DNA from: a virus
Taxonomy: Duplodnaviria; Caudoviricetes
Length of the DNA stretch: 52,998 bases
Reading direction: 5' to 3' (one strand)
Virus record (IMG/VR): IMGVR_UViG_3300031659_000011
Location: 1-52,998 of that record
Shown here piece by piece: positions 33,139-43,700 of this stretch (its first letter is position 1; every line of letters starts with the position of its first letter). Both the position numbers and the translations under genes were made by a program. The notes below the pieces were generated by a model, which was given only the letters and a program-made list of their open reading frames with translations, was not told the origin of the DNA and did not search any database.

Positions 33139-36100
33139 TTAATCCTCTAGAAAACGCTCGGACCCTTCCATCACTCGCTGCGCTACGCGGTTCATTCTCC
33201 TTTGTATTAGCTGCGATCTCTGCTGCTTAATCTCTGGACTATAATCGCTGCGCAGTACGGCTTCTCTTTCCTTCCGCAGATTCCTTAACGTCTTTTGTGT
33301 CTTCAGGAGAGCTGGGAGTGCACGCAATCTCTTCTTGTTATCACCATGGAGCTCCCTAGCGGCGTCAAGCCCTTGTCTGTCGGTCTTTGCTAACGCTTTT
33401 ATCGTAGTGCTTATCTCTTCGAGGTCGCCTAGTGTGTCATAAAAGTCAGTTACAAACTGCGAAGACTTAACCCTATCGCCTTTGAAGATGGCGCCAATCA
33501 ATGGCATATCAGGGAGGCCTATAGGGGTCTTAGTGGGGTTATCAGACGCCGCTCTTACCGCCATGTCTGCCGCTTTTAAAACGTAGGCCCCTAGCGTTCC
33601 AGTGTAACCCTTCCACAGGTGCTGCAATCTCTTAGGGGAAAGTCCGAGCCACTCAGCTAGGTCAGTGTCCCCTGCTGCCATGGCGAGATCGGAGGTGTAT
33701 GAGTTAAACCGTTGGCTACTAATCTTCCCTTGATCGGATCTACTCTCAATGGGCGTGTCAAAAAACACAGATCTGTTAGCAAACACTTCAGCAATAGGTA
33801 GAGCAAACTGAGGTATAGGGTTCAGCCCTAGCGTAGTTATAAGCCCGTGTACTATCGACCACGTCACTTTTTCGCTGGGTTGAGACTCAGATATCCAAGC
33901 CCGATACATACGCTCAGGTATTGTGCCAGCAATGATACCTATCTCAAAAGGCTTGGGAATTGCCCAGTGTTGTTCGCCCATAAATATGTGCCAGTAGGCA
34001 TCCTTCTCCCAGTCTTGTAGGTTTTTATAGCGCTCATCGTCGTCGTTAAGCGCAGCTAGAGCCACAGAGAATGCGGCTATCTTAGCCATTTGAAGTGCCA
34101 CTAGCGCTGGTCGGTTTGTACCCGCGCGACCTAACTTAGATAGACCCTGTAACCTAGCATTAAGGAAAGGGATCATATCCGTCAGGAATATCATAAGCGC
34201 ATAATTACCCCGAAGGCTGTAGTCCATTAAATCCTTAGACTCGAATAGCACTTGCGCCAAAGGCTTACCTTCCTCTATAGCTGAAGCAGCTGTGGCAATA
34301 CGACTTGAGTTTTCAACCTTGTCACCCGCAGACCTGTAGTGCTGCCAACCTCTGCTCACCGCGTCCTTGCCGTCGAGTAGCATGCTTGCCATCTTAGCTG
34401 GTGTGTCTACTCTGGCGTCCATATGGTCCCCAGCTTGCTGTCTACTTAGCCCGTGTTTTACGAGCTCTCTGCGCATTATCTCAGCGGAAGCCTCAGGGTC
34501 GGTACCGTGGACGTACCCGCCTTGGAAAGACGCTCCGCCAGCCATCAGCATGCGGTGTATTCCGTCTTCTTTAAAGGCGCTTTTTGCACCCTTAATAGCT
34601 GACAAACCGAAGGTCATTCCATCAGGGTTTATTGCCCAAGCGTGTGCCGCGTCACGTATAAAGTTCCTCAACATAAAGTCAGGGCTAGCGGTAACGCCCA
34701 CAGTTAGTAGACCTTTGAAGTATCTGCCTGCTCTCATCGCAACATTTTGAGACCCCTTATATCCTAGGTGGTTTATCGCGCTAATGACCGCTGGGTGGTC
34801 CTCACTCACTCGGTAGTACTCGGTCTTGCCATTCCGCTTAACGCTAAATACGTTAGCGTCGGTGGGGGTGGTGGCAGCCCAGAGCTGCTCATAACCCTCA
34901 GTGCTCAACTTGTTAACCGCGTTGACTATCTTTATTTCTTTAGATGTCTTATCCATACCTAGCCATTCAGCTACTTTAACCGCGTTTTTCCTATCCTTAT
35001 TTATGTAGGCGTTAATAGACGCCTTAGATATGTTTACCTTCTCGTATTCGATGCCTACTTCACTCATAAACTCCGTACCGTTTAGGTTCTCCACCATCTT
35101 TAAAGTGGCGCTGTTCTTTACCGACGCGTCAGTTAGTCTCATCCAGTTAGCTAGTACGTTCTCGAGTAGGTTGCCTGTAGACGCCTCGCTACCTGTTAAC
35201 ATCTTAATACCTGATGTCTGGTTAGCTAGGCCGCGGGCCGCGTTGGGGGATACGATACCCGCCCCATCTTCAGTCTGCCTAAAGAAAGGCACATACCATT
35301 CACTCTCCCATTCAGCTCTGGAATCTGGGTTTATTAACCCAGCCTCTTGGGCGAAGTCCAACATAGCTACATTGATTGCCATGTACTCTTCTTTAGCGGT
35401 CTCAAACTTAGCAGAGTTATCTGAGGTCTTCTTAGACTTTAGAACGTCTATATCCTCTCGGGTTAAATTGTGTTCTTTGCCCTCGCGCATAAGCTCTTCA
35501 GCTCGGTTTCCTGCCATCCACATGAACCAGCTATCCGCATCAGCGCCTAGGGAGGTTAGTACATCGAGCATCCCCTTAGTTTTGTAGTCCCCAACAGGTA
35601 CACCATCCTCCCACTTAAGGGCCCCGTGGTGCATGACGTGGGTCATCATGTCAGCAATACCTGTAGCTAGCCTGGCTGCCACGTAGGCGCTGCCCGCGAA
35701 ATCGTTAGCCGCAATGCCTTTACGCAAGAAGTCTTCAGCCTTCTTCAAACCGATGAGGCCATCAAATATGCCTTCGTACATACTGTCACCAACGTCGTCG
35801 ATGACGTTTATAACACCTGCGTCTATTATGTCGGCTATAGCCTTCACTAGACCACTACTGCGCCGCTTACCCATGCCCAGCTTATCTATCAGCTTACGGT
35901 TATCAGTATCTAGGACCCTATCCTTAGGGGGTTTGCGCGAGAATAATATATCAGGGCCCTCAGCATTATCTGCCTGAGTGTCCTTAGACCCTTCTGTATC
36001 AGACTTAGGACTACTCGATCTCATGAGGTCGAAGTTATCTGCGCTATCGGAATTGAACTCAGCGTTAATGGATCTTATGTCTGAGGGGTTAAACATTATG

Positions 36101-39100
36101 CGTTGAGGTACTTCCTCGCCAGCTAGAGCTACGCCTTCGTCACTTAAGGTGTCCACACCTATGTAACCTTCAGCAATGTACCCTTCTATCTCGGCCTGCA
36201 GGGCCTCAAGATCCGTGGTTTCATCTTGGAGTCGCTTGCCAAACTTGTTAGCTTCATTCCAACTTAGCTTTTTAAACTTACCCTCTTTTATATAGACGGG
36301 TATTACCTGACCGTCACCGTAGTCGGTTTGACCCGCGTATGCGCTGTTAACAGACTCTACATAGTTATTAAAGCTAGCGTCGGAGTCCGAGGGTTTAAGG
36401 TGGATCTTATCAAATTTGTAATCATAGTCTTGACTGTAGTCGGTTTCAGCGTTTGTCACAAAATCAAAACCTTGTTTTGTAAACTTGAAGACCCCTTCGT
36501 CCGTCGCCCAAATTCTGCCTACTGCGCGCTCATCGCCCATACTAATATCGTCGAGGACTCCGCTGTAGGAAACTTCGCTACTTGTTTTAGATTCAGGCAG
36601 GGTAGTCTTGCCTACCTTACCTAGCTCCTTCTCTAATCGCCTATTCATCTTAAGTTCATACATGCCGCCATACGATGAGGCTTCATCAGGCGAAGACGTT
36701 AGGAAGGTAAGGCCTCTAAAACCTTTGAAGTTGGTTTTAGTACCATGGTACCAAGTCTGACTGACATCAAAACCCATACTAACCGCTCGAGCCATGCGCC
36801 CTTTCTTAGACATGCCAAGGCGGCCTCTTCGGGAATGAGATACCTTGCGGCTGCCAGCGTTGTCAGTGTTAAATTCTGCAAAGATTGAACGTATAGTAGA
36901 TGTGTCGAATATAGCGTACTGATGGCTACCCTCTGCCATGTATTCGTTAAGTGCGCCAGACGAGCTCCACCTTCCGATGGGTCCAAGGTCTGTTATGTTG
37001 TTAAACTGCACGCCATCGACCCCGTGGCTGCGGGCTAACCTAGCTATCTGATTAGTGTCCATGCCTGCTGCAGATATCTCTGATCCGTCGGGCATTTCTA
37101 GGATTAGAAAGTCTTCTTTATCATTCCAGTTTGTGCTTCCAAAATCAACTACAGCAAACCCATCAGTCTTGAGGACAACAGGTACTACGGCTTTGTAGGC
37201 GTAAGTATTAGCCTGTAGAGTTTCACCCGCGGCCCACTGGCCCGTCCCTGCTCGGTGCATTTCACCCCTGTTAGGGTCAAACTCTTTTATATCAATACCT
37301 TCTCGCAACCCTATAAAGGCTTTAGCTACATAGCCCATCTCCGCTGCCCTAGCCATCCGAGAAGTCTTAGACATATAAGAGCTAGACTTTCTAGAATAAA
37401 CGGGGGCCGCCTTTTCAGGCTTCCGCATTTTATCAGGGGCGTACTCCATGTGGACGGTATCTGGTTTTCCTTTATTAAACTCTGAGAACACAGACTTATC
37501 CCACCCGATGGGCGCGTCACTTTGGTCCCAACTATCTCTACTTGACTCTACAAACCCTGCTGTTTTATAGATGTCGGGGAGCACAGTGTCAAAGGTATCT
37601 AGCTTGGTTCCGCCTTGCTCCACTGCTAGCGACATCATGCTGTATAAATTGCCACCGCCGTTTGTAAACACGCTGACAATAGTCCCGTCTTCCTTAATAG
37701 CAAAACCAGATGACTGATCCTTAGTTAAGAACACCTTCATATCGGAATACTCTTCTACTGAGTACACAGGTATTGATGCCCCAAACTCTAAATTGCTTTT
37801 AGCGTTTTCAATTTTATCTATAAACACCTGAGAGTTTTCTGGTGTTTGTTCAATTTCTACTAGCTCAACTGCTACGGCCTCCGCGGAGCCTAGTACGCCT
37901 TTGTAGTTGGTAGTTGGTTGGTGTATTAACCCCCGAATTCCTCCCAGAGTTCCTGCGTTCGCGGCCTTGTAAGTCCGTGTCTTGTTGACGCCTCCCCTAT
38001 CGGATCTATGCTCCCAGAGGATGTTTTGCTGGAGGAATTTCTCGCGTTGCTTGCCATCAAGTCCACTAGCTCCTGCTTGGACGCTGTCTTGCCCTGAGGT
38101 TGTGGCGTCTGGTCGTGCTGCTGTTGTGCGTCTTCTGGAATCATTTGTGTCTACCGCCTTGTTTATGGTTTTAGTATCTATGCCTTGATCTTTGGCTAAG
38201 CCAATTGCTGCGTTAGCATAGTCAGGGGCCTCATCATCTGTATAGCCCTCCTCTGAATCTTCCGCAGATTTAGCTGCGTCATATAATCTTTTCTCTGGGT
38301 ACCACAACAGTGCCTGCAAATCAGCCATAGTCATCTCGGCATTGCCGTCGCTCTGCATGTCAGCAAGAACGCCATCAAAAACCCCGCGCATCCACGATCT
38401 CTCTGAGCCATTCTGAGGGGCCTCTTTCTGCCCGTCGAGGTACCCAGCTAGTGAGTTTCCACTGGTTCGGATGCTCACGCCCGATTTAGACTGGTTAAAG
38501 ATGGTACGCAAAGCTTTAGACGTAGACATCTTCTGAATTTGCACAGCTACTTCTTCAATATTAGTTACCTTAAAAACCTCTTTACCCTTTGCGTTAACGC
38601 TGGGTTCTATCTTGAAATCCATGCGCAATGCTTTCTGAAATGAGGCTAACTTAGTAGGGGTTTTAGCTAACTTTAATATATGCTTCTCTAGCTCTTTTCC
38701 TTTAGACGCTACCATATCAGGCCTGCGCTCTATGAGACTACCTGTCCATCTGCCCCAAGTTCGCATCAGCCAACGGTCTATGGTCAATTGGTCAAAGTGG
38801 CCGTTCAGGTTGGCGAAGAAACCATTGCCAATCTTAGGGCCGAGAGTCATCGCCCCAAACACCTCAGTGCTCTGCAGCTCTCCAGTTACTTTAAACCCTA
38901 GTTTAGTTATTTGGCTAACTGAGAATTTACTTATCATGAATTCGCGGTAGGCGTCTATGCCATACTCAGCTGACTTCTCATTGAACTGAGCTAAGCTATC
39001 GTTGATTGCGCTCTGAGCCTTTCCCGCTTCTAAGTTAGTGGGCATCTGCCCTGTCTTCTTATAGTGGGAGTACACCCTTTCAGCTAGCTCAAAGTTTTTC

Positions 39101-40509
39101 TTAACCTTTAAGCCATTAGAGGTAACGGCCAGAGCAAATGTAAATGCGAACTTAGCATTCTCATCAGTAGCAATTTCGGGGTGGATCGTACTTAAAACTG
39201 CGAGGGCTTTGCTAACTGTGTTGTCATACCATCCGATAGCATTTGCGTTGCTTTTCAGGGCTTGCTTTGCGTCTTTGACCCCTAATTGTATGAGGAACTC
39301 CTTAACTTCAGGGGTAGTTTCAGACAGATTTATCCCTTGGCCTTCTACTCTTTGCTGCAGAATTTCTTTTAACTGTCGGATGTTTTTTAACTGAGTCTTC
39401 CCCGCCAGCTCGAATGATTTCTCAAGTGATGTTAGGCTTAGGTCGGAGGCGACAGGCTTGGCATCTGGAATTCGGCGGCTATTAACCACCATGGGTTTAC
39501 CCTTCGAGTCAAAGTCTCTAGTTGTGCGAAGCGCTAGAGTAACGGACCCGTCGCTGTTAACCACAGTTCCCGTGTATGTGTCTTGAGTAAACCTTGCTGC
39601 GGATATTAACAGACTATTAATTTCATTCTGGTCTAAGTCTCCCCCTAAACCGTGACGAGATAACCACAGGCGTAAGGCCTGAATGGCCTTCTTGAGTGGG
39701 CCATACTTGGCTGTTATCTCCGACATATGGGCTAGCACTTCTCGTGCTTCGGTTACTGGGTCGTTCTCTAACGCGTAAGACCCGTCCTCATTGGTGTATG
39801 CCTTTTTTAGAAAGGCGATTACGTCCATGGTAGGCTTGTGGTTAGTACGCTTTAGGTACGATATTTGGTTTACCAGCTGAGCGAAGGCGCGCTTCCCTAG
39901 CATAGTTTCTAGGCCTAAGTGGCCCACGACTTCGTGTCCCAATATTTCTATAGCTTCCTTACGGCCCTGTATAGAACCAGCTACTAGTATGATTACAGGT
40001 ACATTCTTGCCATCTTTATCTTTAATTATTGCGTATCCCCCTCCAACGTCATCGGGGTTTTTAACACCTGTTAGTTCGTCAAGATCTGCAACGGTTTGTA
40101 CTATCCTTATGTCTATCCACTTAGCTAGTTTACTCCTAGCCTTTTTAGTCCACTGACTGATTTCAACTATAGAGCTGCCGTTAGCTTTAGCCCTTTTGTA
40201 CACTACTTTAGTATCCTCAGGTTCCTTTTTTGCGGCAGGCTTAGCTTTAGTAGCTGACTTAGGTTTAAGGAGGCCTTTGACGGTTAGCTTATTTAGGTAT
40301 CCGCCTTGGCTCTTTACAAAACTAGCTAGGTCATTTCGCTCAGATAGGGCGACTTCAAACGCTGCGTTAGTGGCATGTATGTACATCTCCGCAGAGGATA
40401 TCCCTTCCGCAAAATCTTTTGCTTCCGACAGCGCTTCTTTAAACGCAGTACGGTCTGAGGAGTCAAGATTATTTAATAAATCAAAACACTTAGCTTTTGA
40501 TGACGCCAT
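33139..40509 (-). CDS. Large polyvalent internal virion protein with C-terminal LPD38 domain
   Basis: HEVVGH peptidase motif, an HhH-glycosylase-like region, a GNAT-like region, two ART-like regions (one with WYHGT), and IPFLNARLQG...IPKPFEIG (LPD38). Confidence 0.8.
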   Translation of the reverse strand: MASSKAKCFDLLNNLDSSDRTAFKEALSEAKDFAEGISSAEMYIHATNAAFEVALSERNDLASFVKSQGGYLNKLTVKGLLKPKSATKAKPAAKKEPEDTKVVYKRAKANGSSIVEISQWTKKARSKLAKWIDIRIVQTVADLDELTGVKNPDDVGGGYAIIKDKDGKNVPVIILVAGSIQGRKEAIEILGHEVVGHLGLETMLGKRAFAQLVNQISYLKRTNHKPTMDVIAFLKKAYTNEDGSYALENDPVTEAREVLAHMSEITAKYGPLKKAIQALRLWLSRHGLGGDLDQNEINSLLISAARFTQDTYTGTVVNSDGSVTLALRTTRDFDSKGKPMVVNSRRIPDAKPVASDLSLTSLEKSFELAGKTQLKNIRQLKEILQQRVEGQGINLSETTPEVKEFLIQLGVKDAKQALKSNANAIGWYDNTVSKALAVLSTIHPEIATDENAKFAFTFALAVTSNGLKVKKNFELAERVYSHYKKTGQMPTNLEAGKAQSAINDSLAQFNEKSAEYGIDAYREFMISKFSVSQITKLGFKVTGELQSTEVFGAMTLGPKIGNGFFANLNGHFDQLTIDRWLMRTWGRWTGSLIERRPDMVASKGKELEKHILKLAKTPTKLASFQKALRMDFKIEPSVNAKGKEVFKVTNIEEVAVQIQKMSTSKALRTIFNQSKSGVSIRTSGNSLAGYLDGQKEAPQNGSERSWMRGVFDGVLADMQSDGNAEMTMADLQALLWYPEKRLYDAAKSAEDSEEGYTDDEAPDYANAAIGLAKDQGIDTKTINKAVDTNDSRRRTTAARPDATTSGQDSVQAGASGLDGKQREKFLQQNILWEHRSDRGGVNKTRTYKAANAGTLGGIRGLIHQPTTNYKGVLGSAEAVAVELVEIEQTPENSQVFIDKIENAKSNLEFGASIPVYSVEEYSDMKVFLTKDQSSGFAIKEDGTIVSVFTNGGGNLYSMMSLAVEQGGTKLDTFDTVLPDIYKTAGFVESSRDSWDQSDAPIGWDKSVFSEFNKGKPDTVHMEYAPDKMRKPEKAAPVYSRKSSSYMSKTSRMARAAEMGYVAKAFIGLREGIDIKEFDPNRGEMHRAGTGQWAAGETLQANTYAYKAVVPVVLKTDGFAVVDFGSTNWNDKEDFLILEMPDGSEISAAGMDTNQIARLARSHGVDGVQFNNITDLGPIGRWSSSGALNEYMAEGSHQYAIFDTSTIRSIFAEFNTDNAGSRKVSHSRRGRLGMSKKGRMARAVSMGFDVSQTWYHGTKTNFKGFRGLTFLTSSPDEASSYGGMYELKMNRRLEKELGKVGKTTLPESKTSSEVSYSGVLDDISMGDERAVGRIWATDEGVFKFTKQGFDFVTNAETDYSQDYDYKFDKIHLKPSDSDASFNNYVESVNSAYAGQTDYGDGQVIPVYIKEGKFKKLSWNEANKFGKRLQDETTDLEALQAEIEGYIAEGYIGVDTLSDEGVALAGEEVPQRIMFNPSDIRSINAEFNSDSADNFDLMRSSSPKSDTEGSKDTQADNAEGPDILFSRKPPKDRVLDTDNRKLIDKLGMGKRRSSGLVKAIADIIDAGVINVIDDVGDSMYEGIFDGLIGLKKAEDFLRKGIAANDFAGSAYVAARLATGIADMMTHVMHHGALKWEDGVPVGDYKTKGMLDVLTSLGADADSWFMWMAGNRAEELMREGKEHNLTREDIDVLKSKKTSDNSAKFETAKEEYMAINVAMLDFAQEAGLINPDSRAEWESEWYVPFFRQTEDGAGIVSPNAARGLANQTSGIKMLTGSEASTGNLLENVLANWMRLTDASVKNSATLKMVENLNGTEFMSEVGIEYEKVNISKASINAYINKDRKNAVKVAEWLGMDKTSKEIKIVNAVNKLSTEGYEQLWAATTPTDANVFSVKRNGKTEYYRVSEDHPAVISAINHLGYKGSQNVAMRAGRYFKGLLTVGVTASPDFMLRNFIRDAAHAWAINPDGMTFGLSAIKGAKSAFKEDGIHRMLMAGGASFQGGYVHGTDPEASAEIMRRELVKHGLSRQQAGDHMDARVDTPAKMASMLLDGKDAVSRGWQHYRSAGDKVENSSRIATAASAIEEGKPLAQVLFESKDLMDYSLRGNYALMIFLTDMIPFLNARLQGLSKLGRAGTNRPALVALQMAKIAAFSVALAALNDDDERYKNLQDWEKDAYWHIFMGEQHWAIPKPFEIGIIAGTIPERMYRAWISESQPSEKVTWSIVHGLITTLGLNPIPQFALPIAEVFANRSVFFDTPIESRSDQGKISSQRFNSYTSDLAMAAGDTDLAEWLGLSPKRLQHLWKGYTGTLGAYVLKAADMAVRAASDNPTKTPIGLPDMPLIGAIFKGDRVKSSQFVTDFYDTLGDLEEISTTIKALAKTDRQGLDAARELHGDNKKRLRALPALLKTQKTLRNLRKEREAVLRSDYSPEIKQQRSQLIQRRMNRVAQRVMEGSERFLED

Positions 40510-40528
40510 TATTTAATTACTCGTTTAG

Positions 40529-40795
40529 TTATACAGGGGTCACATCAACTTGAGATATCAAGCCTTCCTCATCTCGGTGGATGTCAAGGCGGATGGGCTG
40601 CAGCACACCCTTACCTTGCGACAGTGCTTCTACTAGATCTTGGATACTATCAATTAGCCCTGACGAGGGTTCCACGTCGGGCTTTTGAGAGGAGCCGTTT
40701 GCTTTAGTTTGTTGGGGATCTTTGACAGACGCCCCAGAAGACAAGGCGCGCTGCCTCATCTCTTTAGACATAGTTAGGTTCATGATAGTAAACAC
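40529..40795 (-). CDS. Hypothetical protein
   Basis: 88 aa or shorter; C-terminal IHRDEEGLI motif. Confidence 0.55.
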   Translation of the reverse strand: MFTIMNLTMSKEMRQRALSSGASVKDPQQTKANGSSQKPDVEPSSGLIDSIQDLVEALSQGKGVLQPIRLDIHRDEEGLISQVDVTPV

Positions 40796-43700
40796 CCTCT
40801 CAGTTTATGTATGGCCTTAATACGTGAGTCGATATCAGCCAGCCAATCTCTAGCGCTTAAGCCTACCACTTCGTCGGGATTTTCGCTATCAACGACCTCT
40901 ATATCGCCTAGTGGGGTCACAGTGGAACCTTCTGGGGCCACGCTAGACGCACTAAGATTATCGTCTAGGTTTGAGGCACTATCCTCCGCACTGTCGGTCT
41001 TAGCTTCAGGCGTGACTCCACCTGAGCTATCATCTAGTAAGTTAGCTAACTCAGGGTAGTGCTTTTCAATATGAGCAACTACGTCCTCGGAGTTTGTAAA
41101 CATGCCCAGTTTGCGAGTAAGGTTGTGTATCTTACTCGGCATCTGGGATATGTCTAAGTTATTTGTCTTCCCGCTTTTTATAGTCTTAAGGTTTTTGCTA
41201 AGGGGTATAAGTGAAACAATCTCTATAAATTCACTACGCAGATCATTAACATATTTAGGGGCCATAGTGGTAGGGGCACTTAGAATATCAGCTAATGAGT
41301 ACCCTATATCCGCCGCACCTTCAATCACTTTGTTAACCAGCTTGAGGGCCGCTCCCTTAATTTCAGGGTCTATAAACTCAGGGAAGTACCCTTCGTTGAG
41401 CGAGGGTAGGCTTGCTAAATCAGTTACCAACTCGGGTCCTACAGCCTCCCGCTTAGGGTACGTGGCTTCAGCCGTGGCTTCAGCGGCCTTGGATCGAGCG
41501 CTTGAAGTTTCTTCCTGCTCTTTCTTTGGTATGCGCGAGGGAGAGGAACTACCCATCAACCCGTCAAGCAACCCAAGTATGGTCATGGTGTTGGTATCGG
41601 TTGCCATCTCCGAAGGGGTGGTAGACGACGTTTTAAGACCCGCAAAATTAGCTAGGTCTGCTCTGGTTATCTCTCCACTGCTAACGGCTTCCCTTATCTC
41701 CTTCTCAGTCTTATAGACCTTACCTACGCGCTCAAACAGTTCCCGAGCGAGGACTAACCGGTTAGCCACCGCCCTCTTGGTTCCTGCCTGTTTAACTCCC
41801 GCGTCTTTTGCAAGACTCTTTAGCTCGGTGTGGGACTTGCCCCTGAGCTTGCGTCTAAACTTAGCTAGTTTAGCTTTAATTCCTTCAAGGGAAGTGGTTT
41901 CTGGCTTAGCGGTTTCCGCTGTAGTTTCCTTAGTTTTTGCCTTCTTTTCTGTTTCGCTTTGCTTCGCATTACTTTCCTCAGTTTGTGTTGGGGTCTCTGG
42001 CTTCGGTTTAGTTAGCACCCAGCCATCGTCCACAGCCCTTGATGTGTATCCATCTAGGTCCTCCCTAGACGCGTGCATATCAGCTTCTAGCTTAGTTTTA
42101 AAGGATATTCCTTTGCCTTTGTTCTTACCGCGAGATCTAGTCCCTTTAAATACCACGTCCTCTTCTGGTCCCGCCTTTTCTACTGGGGCGACCTCAGTGT
42201 CGACCACCTCTTTACTCCCTTCTACAAAAGATGCTGAGGGTATAGTGTCGCCAGCTTGAAACTTATCTGGTGATGGAGACGTAGCTACGTCATTGTCGGT
42301 CTCTGACCCTAGTTTAATTAGTCTAGATTCTTGTCTCTGTTTTAGCTTAGATACAGGTTTAGCTTTGTACAGTATAAACCCGCCGTCCTCAGGGCGTACA
42401 GAGTACCCCTCTAGATCTTTGCTACTCGCATATATGTTGGCAGCCAACGCCGTTTTGAATGGGTATTTCTTACCTGAGTTGGCCCCTTTAGTTACCTCGG
42501 TTCGATAAACCAGATCCTCGGTAGCTGGTGCCTCGGGGGTCTCCTCTGCCTTAGGTGTTGGTAGGTTTAAGGGAGGAAGTACTTTCCCCGTTTCATCTAC
42601 TTCTGTACGGGTTCCGCTAGTCGCTGTTGGGGTGGTCGACCCTGCCTGCATGTCAAGGCGCGGCGAGCCAGCTACGGTGGTAGACCCCTCATTATTTGAG
42701 GGACCATAGTCTTTCGTTTTGGTTACGCCTGTCTCTGCTATTCGCCGCTGTTCCAGCTTAGATATAGATCGCTCTAGTACCCAGCCACTACCGTCGCTTT
42801 GAACTACAGATTTAAACTTATTTACATCTATACCTTTTTGGTTAGCGTAAAGGTCCGCAGCTTGCTTCGTTTCAAAGGGCACTCCCTCGCCCTTGTTTAT
42901 ACCTCGGTTGACCTTCCTTTGGTATATAGTTTCTTTAGTAGGATCGTCTTTAAACTTAACGGCTTTAGTGGGTTTGTCAGCCCTTGACTCAGTTACCTCA
43001 CCCGAGTCGCTGTCAATCTTAGTTGATATGTCAGTTTTAACAGGCGGGATAGCTTTACCCTGAGCGTCCACATCGACGCGCTCAACGCTAGTAGCCGTTG
43101 GCTCAGTGGCTGCGGGGGTTTGTGGGGTGTTCTTTACCGCGCTAGTAAAATCTTGAGGGTCGAACTGTAGAGCTATTAGCTCCCCGTCGGTTTTGCCCTT
43201 AGCAGTCTTTTTATCGTACTTAAATATACCAGCGTCAGAGGATACGGTTACTTCCCCCTTGTCTCTTGAAATCTTAACGTCTACATCTTCGCTACTCTTA
43301 GTAGCTACTGTGTATGTAGCGGGCGCGCCTATGCTCTCAGGCTCGCTCAGTTGTACTCTACTAGGTGTAATTAAGCTGTCTGATACGTCGCTGTATTGCT
43401 CAGACTTAAGCTTGTCAGCGGCGTTCTTAGCTATCTTAGCCCTGAAGTCGGTTGACGCGTCCATCGGCGTTTTAAGGGTGAACCCACCATCGTCGCCCTT
43501 AACGGGGACTAAGTCATCCTTGAGGCCTAGCTTCTCAGCTTGCGCCACCGCTGTGCCGCGGTCGGGGAAGGGACCTAAATCGTCTTGAGTTATGTTTGGA
43601 ACGTCAGGGCCGGTTAGGTCGTTAACGCCCTGTACAACATCCTGCCAGCCTATGCCTAGTCTTTCAGGCGCAGTTCCCTCAATATTGTTGCGGAAGTCTA

